In this document: positions 60,341-64,000 of the stretch, piece by piece
Numbering within the stretch: position 1 is the first letter of the stretch
Layout of the letters: every line of letters begins with the position of its first letter
Assembly (NCBI GenBank): GCA_963721715.1
Contig: CAVRKI010000004.1
Span: 1,283,876-1,347,875 of the forward strand
Origin: an uncultured Acidobacteriota bacterium
GTDB lineage: Bacteria; Acidobacteriota; Vicinamibacteria; Vicinamibacterales; UBA2999
DNA: 64,000 nt
Direction of reading: 5' to 3'
The notes under the pieces: model-generated
What the model saw: the letters and a program-made list of their open reading frames with translations, nothing else
Databases searched by the model: none
What the model was told of the DNA's origin: nothing
Made by a program: the position numbers and the translations under genes

Positions 60341-62764
60341 GTGACCATCCTTCAGGATCTCAGCACCGCACTGCGCCTGTGGCGCCGTCGTCCCGGGGTT
60401 CCGACACTGGCCGTGTTGTTCCTCGCCAGCGGGATGGGCATGGCCGCCGGCATCTTTGCGGTCGCCGATGCGGCCCTGTGGCGGAGCCTTCCGCTGCCTG
60501 CCGCCGACCGCGTGATCTGGGTGCAGTCGGTGGACCGGGGCGTCGCGGGCGACACCTCCCCGGGAGTCTTTGCCGCCTGGTCGGGTCGTGTGCGGACACT
60601 GAGCGACGTGGGAGCGCTCAGACCGGTCGCGGCCACACTGCGTGACGCGCGTGGAACCGAGCGCCTGGACGGCGCCCAGGCGACCGCAGGACTGTTCCGC
60701 GCCCTTGGCGTCACCGCGGCGCTGGGCCGGCCGCTCACCGCGGACGACGAACGGGCCGGCGCGGAGCCGGTGCTGGTGCTCACCCATCGGCTCTGGCAAT
60801 CGCGGTTTGGCGGTGACCCGTCCGTCATCGGAGGCCAGGTGGACCTCGACGGGCGTAGCCGCCGCATCGTCGGCGTCCTCGAGGCCAACGCCGACCAGTT
60901 GCCTGTCGGCGGCGACTGGTTCACGCCGCTGCCGTTGTCGCCCGACGCGTTGTCGGCCGGAGGGCCCCGCTACCTGAAAGTCGTGGGCCGAATGGTGGCG
61001 ACCAGTGAGATCTCCTCCGCCAGCCGTGAGTTGACGGACATCGCGCAGTCGATCGGCGCGGTCGGCAGCGATGGCGCGTTGCTCGGCGCCCAGGCACGGC
61101 CGCTCGGGCAAGCCTTCGCCGAGACCTCGGCGCGTCTGCTGCAGCCGCTGTTCATCACTTCGCTCATCGTGCTGCTGATCGCGGCGATGAATACCGCCAA
61201 CCTGTTGATCGCCGCGCAGCACACGCGCCGCTCGGAACTGGCCGTGCGGGCGGCGCTCGGCGCCGGCCGCGGCCGCCTGATTCGCCAGTTGCTCACCGAA
61301 TCGCTCCTCGTCACGGCAGTGGCGGGCCTCCTGGCGCTGCTGCTGGCGCAGTGGTTCACCGCCGGGCTGAGGGCGCTGCTGCCCACGGACCTGCCGCGCA
61401 TGGGCGCTGCCACCGTGGACGGGCGAACCGCCGCATTCGTTGGCGTCCTCGTCCTCGTCGTCACGGCGCTGGTGGGCGTTGCGCCGGCCATCGGGCAGAC
61501 CGGCGCCTCGCTCGCCGGTTCGATCGTCGGCACCGCGCGAGGGGTCGTCCGTGGTGACGATCGCTTCCGTCGCGCGTTCGTGATGGCACAGATCGCCCTG
61601 GCCATGACCCTGGGCACGGCCGGGCTCCTGATGTGGCAGACGACGCAGGCGCTGATACAGGCGCCGCGCGGATACTCGTCCGATGGCGTGTGGACGGCGG
61701 CACTGCGCCTGGCGGCCAGTGACTATCGCGGCCCCGCGGAGCTGGACGCCGCGCTGACGCGCGTGGTGTCCGCGGTTGCCGCCCTGCCGGGTGTCACCGA
61801 TGCCGCGGTGGCCTCGCGCGTGCCACTGGCCGGCGGCGCGCCGGGCTCGGACGTGGCGCTGGTGTCGGACGCGTTCACGCCCGGCACGGACCGCCAGGCC
61901 CGGATTCGTATCGTCTCACCGGGCTACTTCCGCACGGTTGGTGTCCCGATTCTCGAGGGCCGCGACCTGGGCACGGCCGACGGGGCGGGCGCGCTGCCGG
62001 CCGTCCTTGTCAACCAGACCCTGGCGGCGCGTCTGACACCTGGCCGATCGCCGGTCGGTCAGGCGGTGAAGTTCGCGGTCCGGGATTTCAGCGACGCCGC
62101 GGCCGCATGGCAGGTGGTGGGTCTGGTGGGTGACGCGAAGGACCGCGGCCCGCGCGAAGTGACAGAGCCCGAAATCTACATCAGTATCGGACAGACGCCG
62201 CCCGGCGTCTTCGAATGGATCGGACGCCAGGTCCTGCTGGTGGCGCGTTCAGCGCCTGGCGTGGTGCTGGCACCTGCTACCTTGCGACTGGCGGTGAACG
62301 CCGCTGACCCGCGAATCCCCGCGTTCGACGTGCTGTCGCTCGACCAGCGCCTGCAACGCCATCTCTCGGTCGAACGGCTGCTGTCCAACCTGCTGCTGCC
62401 GATCGCCGCCGCGGGCACGCTGCTGGCTGGCTTCGGCGTGTTCGCGCTGGTGATGCACATGGTGACGAGCCGGCGCCGCGAGATCGCCTTGCGCATGGTG
62501 CTGGGTGCCTCACCGGCCACGATCATGCACGACATGGGACGCACCGGGCTTCGTCTGGCGATGGGCGGCACCGTCTTCGGCTGCGGTGGCGCGCTGGTCG
62601 CCGACCGGCTGCTCGCCGCCAGCACGTTCGGCAGCCGGGCAGTCGATCCCGCCGTGCTGCTGTCGGTCGCCGTCCTCATGCTCGTAACGACGATGGTCGC
62701 GGTCTGGCTACCGGCACGGCGCGCCGCGCGGCACGATCCGGCAGAGGTCCTTCGCGCGCCGTAG
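60341..62764 (+). CDS. ADOP-family duplicated FtsX/MacB-type ABC transporter permease
   Basis: 807 aa, GTG start. [17 protein letters not shown]-terminus. Two MacB_PCD + FtsX halves. Confidence 0.8.
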   Translation: MTILQDLSTALRLWRRRPGVPTLAVLFLASGMGMAAGIFAVADAALWRSLPLPAADRVIWVQSVDRGVAGDTSPGVFAAWSGRVRTLSDVGALRPVAATLRDARGTERLDGAQATAGLFRALGVTAALGRPLTADDERAGAEPVLVLTHRLWQSRFGGDPSVIGGQVDLDGRSRRIVGVLEANADQLPVGGDWFTPLPLSPDALSAGGPRYLKVVGRMVATSEISSASRELTDIAQSIGAVGSDGALLGAQARPLGQAFAETSARLLQPLFITSLIVLLIAAMNTANLLIAAQHTRRSELAVRAALGAGRGRLIRQLLTESLLVTAVAGLLALLLAQWFTAGLRALLPTDLPRMGAATVDGRTAAFVGVLVLVVTALVGVAPAIGQTGASLAGSIVGTARGVVRGDDRFRRAFVMAQIALAMTLGTAGLLMWQTTQALIQAPRGYSSDGVWTAALRLAASDYRGPAELDAALTRVVSAVAALPGVTDAAVASRVPLAGGAPGSDVALVSDAFTPGTDRQARIRIVSPGYFRTVGVPILEGRDLGTADGAGALPAVLVNQTLAARLTPGRSPVGQAVKFAVRDFSDAAAAWQVVGLVGDAKDRGPREVTEPEIYISIGQTPPGVFEWIGRQVLLVARSAPGVVLAPATLRLAVNAADPRIPAFDVLSLDQRLQRHLSVERLLSNLLLPIAAAGTLLAGFGVFALVMHMVTSRRREIALRMVLGASPATIMHDMGRTGLRLAMGGTVFGCGGALVADRLLAASTFGSRAVDPAVLLSVAVLMLVTTMVAVWLPARRAARHDPAEVLRAP

Positions 62765-62816
62765 GCGCCATCTCGCTGTGACACTCGTTCGCGATGTCTT
62801 CAAGGTAGAATCCGCC

Positions 62817-63317
62817 ATGGCTTTCACGCTGACGATCAACGGGAAACCGACCACGGTCGAGGTGCCCGACGACATGCCGCTGCTCTGGGTACTGCGGGAT
62901 GTGGTCAACCTGAAGGGCACCAAATACGGATGCGGCATCGGCGCGTGCGGCGCCTGCACGGTGCACGTGGACGGCAAGCCCGTCCGCTCCTGCCAGACCC
63001 GGGTGTCGGCGGTGAAGGCGCCAATCACGACCATCGAGGGGCTCTCGGCCGAAGGGTCGCATCCGGTGCAGAAGGCGTGGCTGGAGATCGACGTGCCGCA
63101 GTGCGGCTACTGCCAGGCCGGCCAGATCATGTCGGCCGCGGCGCTCCTCTCGCAGAAGCCCAAGCCGACCGACGGCGACATCGATCAGGCGATGAACGGC
63201 AATCTCTGCCGCTGCGCCACCTATCTCCGCATCAGAAAGGCCATCCACCGCGCCGCCGAACTGGCCGCGTCCACCACCAACACGGCGGCACCGCCGCAGC
63301 CCGGCGGAGAGGAATAG
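62817..63317 (+). CDS. Molybdo-hydroxylase small (2Fe-2S) subunit, IorA/aldehyde oxidoreductase-like
   Basis: 166 aa from ATG 62817. [11 protein letters not shown] and [18 protein letters not shown] cluster motifs. Confidence 0.85.
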   Translation: MAFTLTINGKPTTVEVPDDMPLLWVLRDVVNLKGTKYGCGIGACGACTVHVDGKPVRSCQTRVSAVKAPITTIEGLSAEGSHPVQKAWLEIDVPQCGYCQAGQIMSAAALLSQKPKPTDGDIDQAMNGNLCRCATYLRIRKAIHRAAELAASTTNTAAPPQPGGEE

Positions 63318-63320
63318 ACC

Positions 63321-64000
63321 ATGGCGCCCACACTGGATCGCCGTTCGTTCCTTCGCGTCAGCGCGCTTGCCGGCGGCGGGCTCGTGCTGGCCACCGCAGT
63401 CGGTGATGTCGCCGGCGTCTTCGCGGCACAGCCGGCGGGCACGGCCTTCACGCCGAACGCCTTCATCCGCATCACGCCCGACGGGCTCGATCACCATCGT
63501 CGCCAAGAACCCCGAGGTCGGCCAGGGCGTGAAGACGTCGATGCCGATGCTGGTGGCCGAGGAGCTGAGTGTGGACTGGAAGGACGTCCGGCTCGTGCAG
63601 GCCGATCTGGACACCGCAGAAATACGGGCCGCAGAGCGCGGGCGGCAGCACCAGCACGCCGACGAACTGGGAACCGCTGCGCCGTGCCGGCGCCGCCGGC
63701 CGCCAGATGCTGATTGCCGCCGCGGCCGCAACGTGGGGCGTGCCGGCATCGGAGTGCACGGCCGCATCCGGTCGCGTGCACCATCGCACGTCGAACCGAT
63801 CGCTCGGCTACGGCGAGCTGGCGACCAGGGCCGCCGCCCTGCCGGCGCCCGATCTGCGCACCGTGGCGCTGAAGGATCCGAAGGACTACACCATCCTCGG
63901 CAAGCGCACCCCCGGCGTCGACAACGCCGCCATCGTCACCGGCAAGCCGATCTATTCGCATCGACTTCACGCTGCCCGGCATGCTCTACGCCGTGTTCGA
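63321..64000 (+). pseudogene. Molybdo-hydroxylase large subunit (IorB-like), 3' partial, three +1 frame changes
   Basis: Tat leader [15 protein letters not shown]. Recognisable runs [57 protein letters not shown] and [13 protein letters not shown] lie in successive frames, with jumps at ~63489, 63619 and 63959. Confidence 0.75.

Overview
High-GC (~70%) bacterial chromosomal segment. An ADOP-type duplicated FtsX permease and a CarboxypepD_reg TonB receptor suggest an Acidobacteriota-like origin (inference only). I support about 55 genes. Most other long ORFs in the six-frame track are Arg/Pro/Gly-rich antisense artefacts of the GC content. Content, in order: (1) Copper homeostasis: 5'-partial copA, copZ, a CorE-like ECF sigma with a Cys-rich tail, a DUF305/LVIVD pair, and two multicopper oxidases each next to a paralogous cytochrome c. 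(2) NorR with a divergent sigma54 promoter that appears to drive ric(ytfE), a multicopper oxidase and an outer-membrane barrel. (3) A 13-gene, ~13.3 kb minus-strand respiratory cluster (20301-33626): ba3-type oxidase cbaDBA, Rieske/cytochrome b, a membrane-anchored octahaem HAO-like cytochrome, NapA paralog 2, a NapB-NapB tandem tetrahaem, napD, napA paralog 1 (frameshifted), napB, cytochrome c and a small membrane protein. No NapC/NapGH or cytochrome c1 gene is present. This is my best candidate for an undescribed system. (4) A tandem cytochrome c'-like protein plus a hydrolase/PRTase/CBS stress-type cluster. (5) An AMP-ligase / 2-oxoacid dehydrogenase E1a-E1b-E2 / ACP operon. Its first four genes carry roughly 25-30 or more single-base frame changes, mostly +1, while the ACP gene and the flanks are intact. 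(6) Housekeeping genes (icd, prfC, trxC, ldtD/mepK-like pair, porin, TonB receptor, iorAB-like). Non-coding: a dispersed family of heptad-phased intergenic repeats (RANYAGG and GGGGCTT units, some matching G-quadruplex consensus) sits directly after stop codons at four loci. A separate GTTGAAC heptad array lies inside the respiratory cluster. I recognised no rRNA, tRNA, CRISPR, transposase or phage genes. Isolated +1 frameshifts also hit a GT1 gene, napA-1 and iorB.
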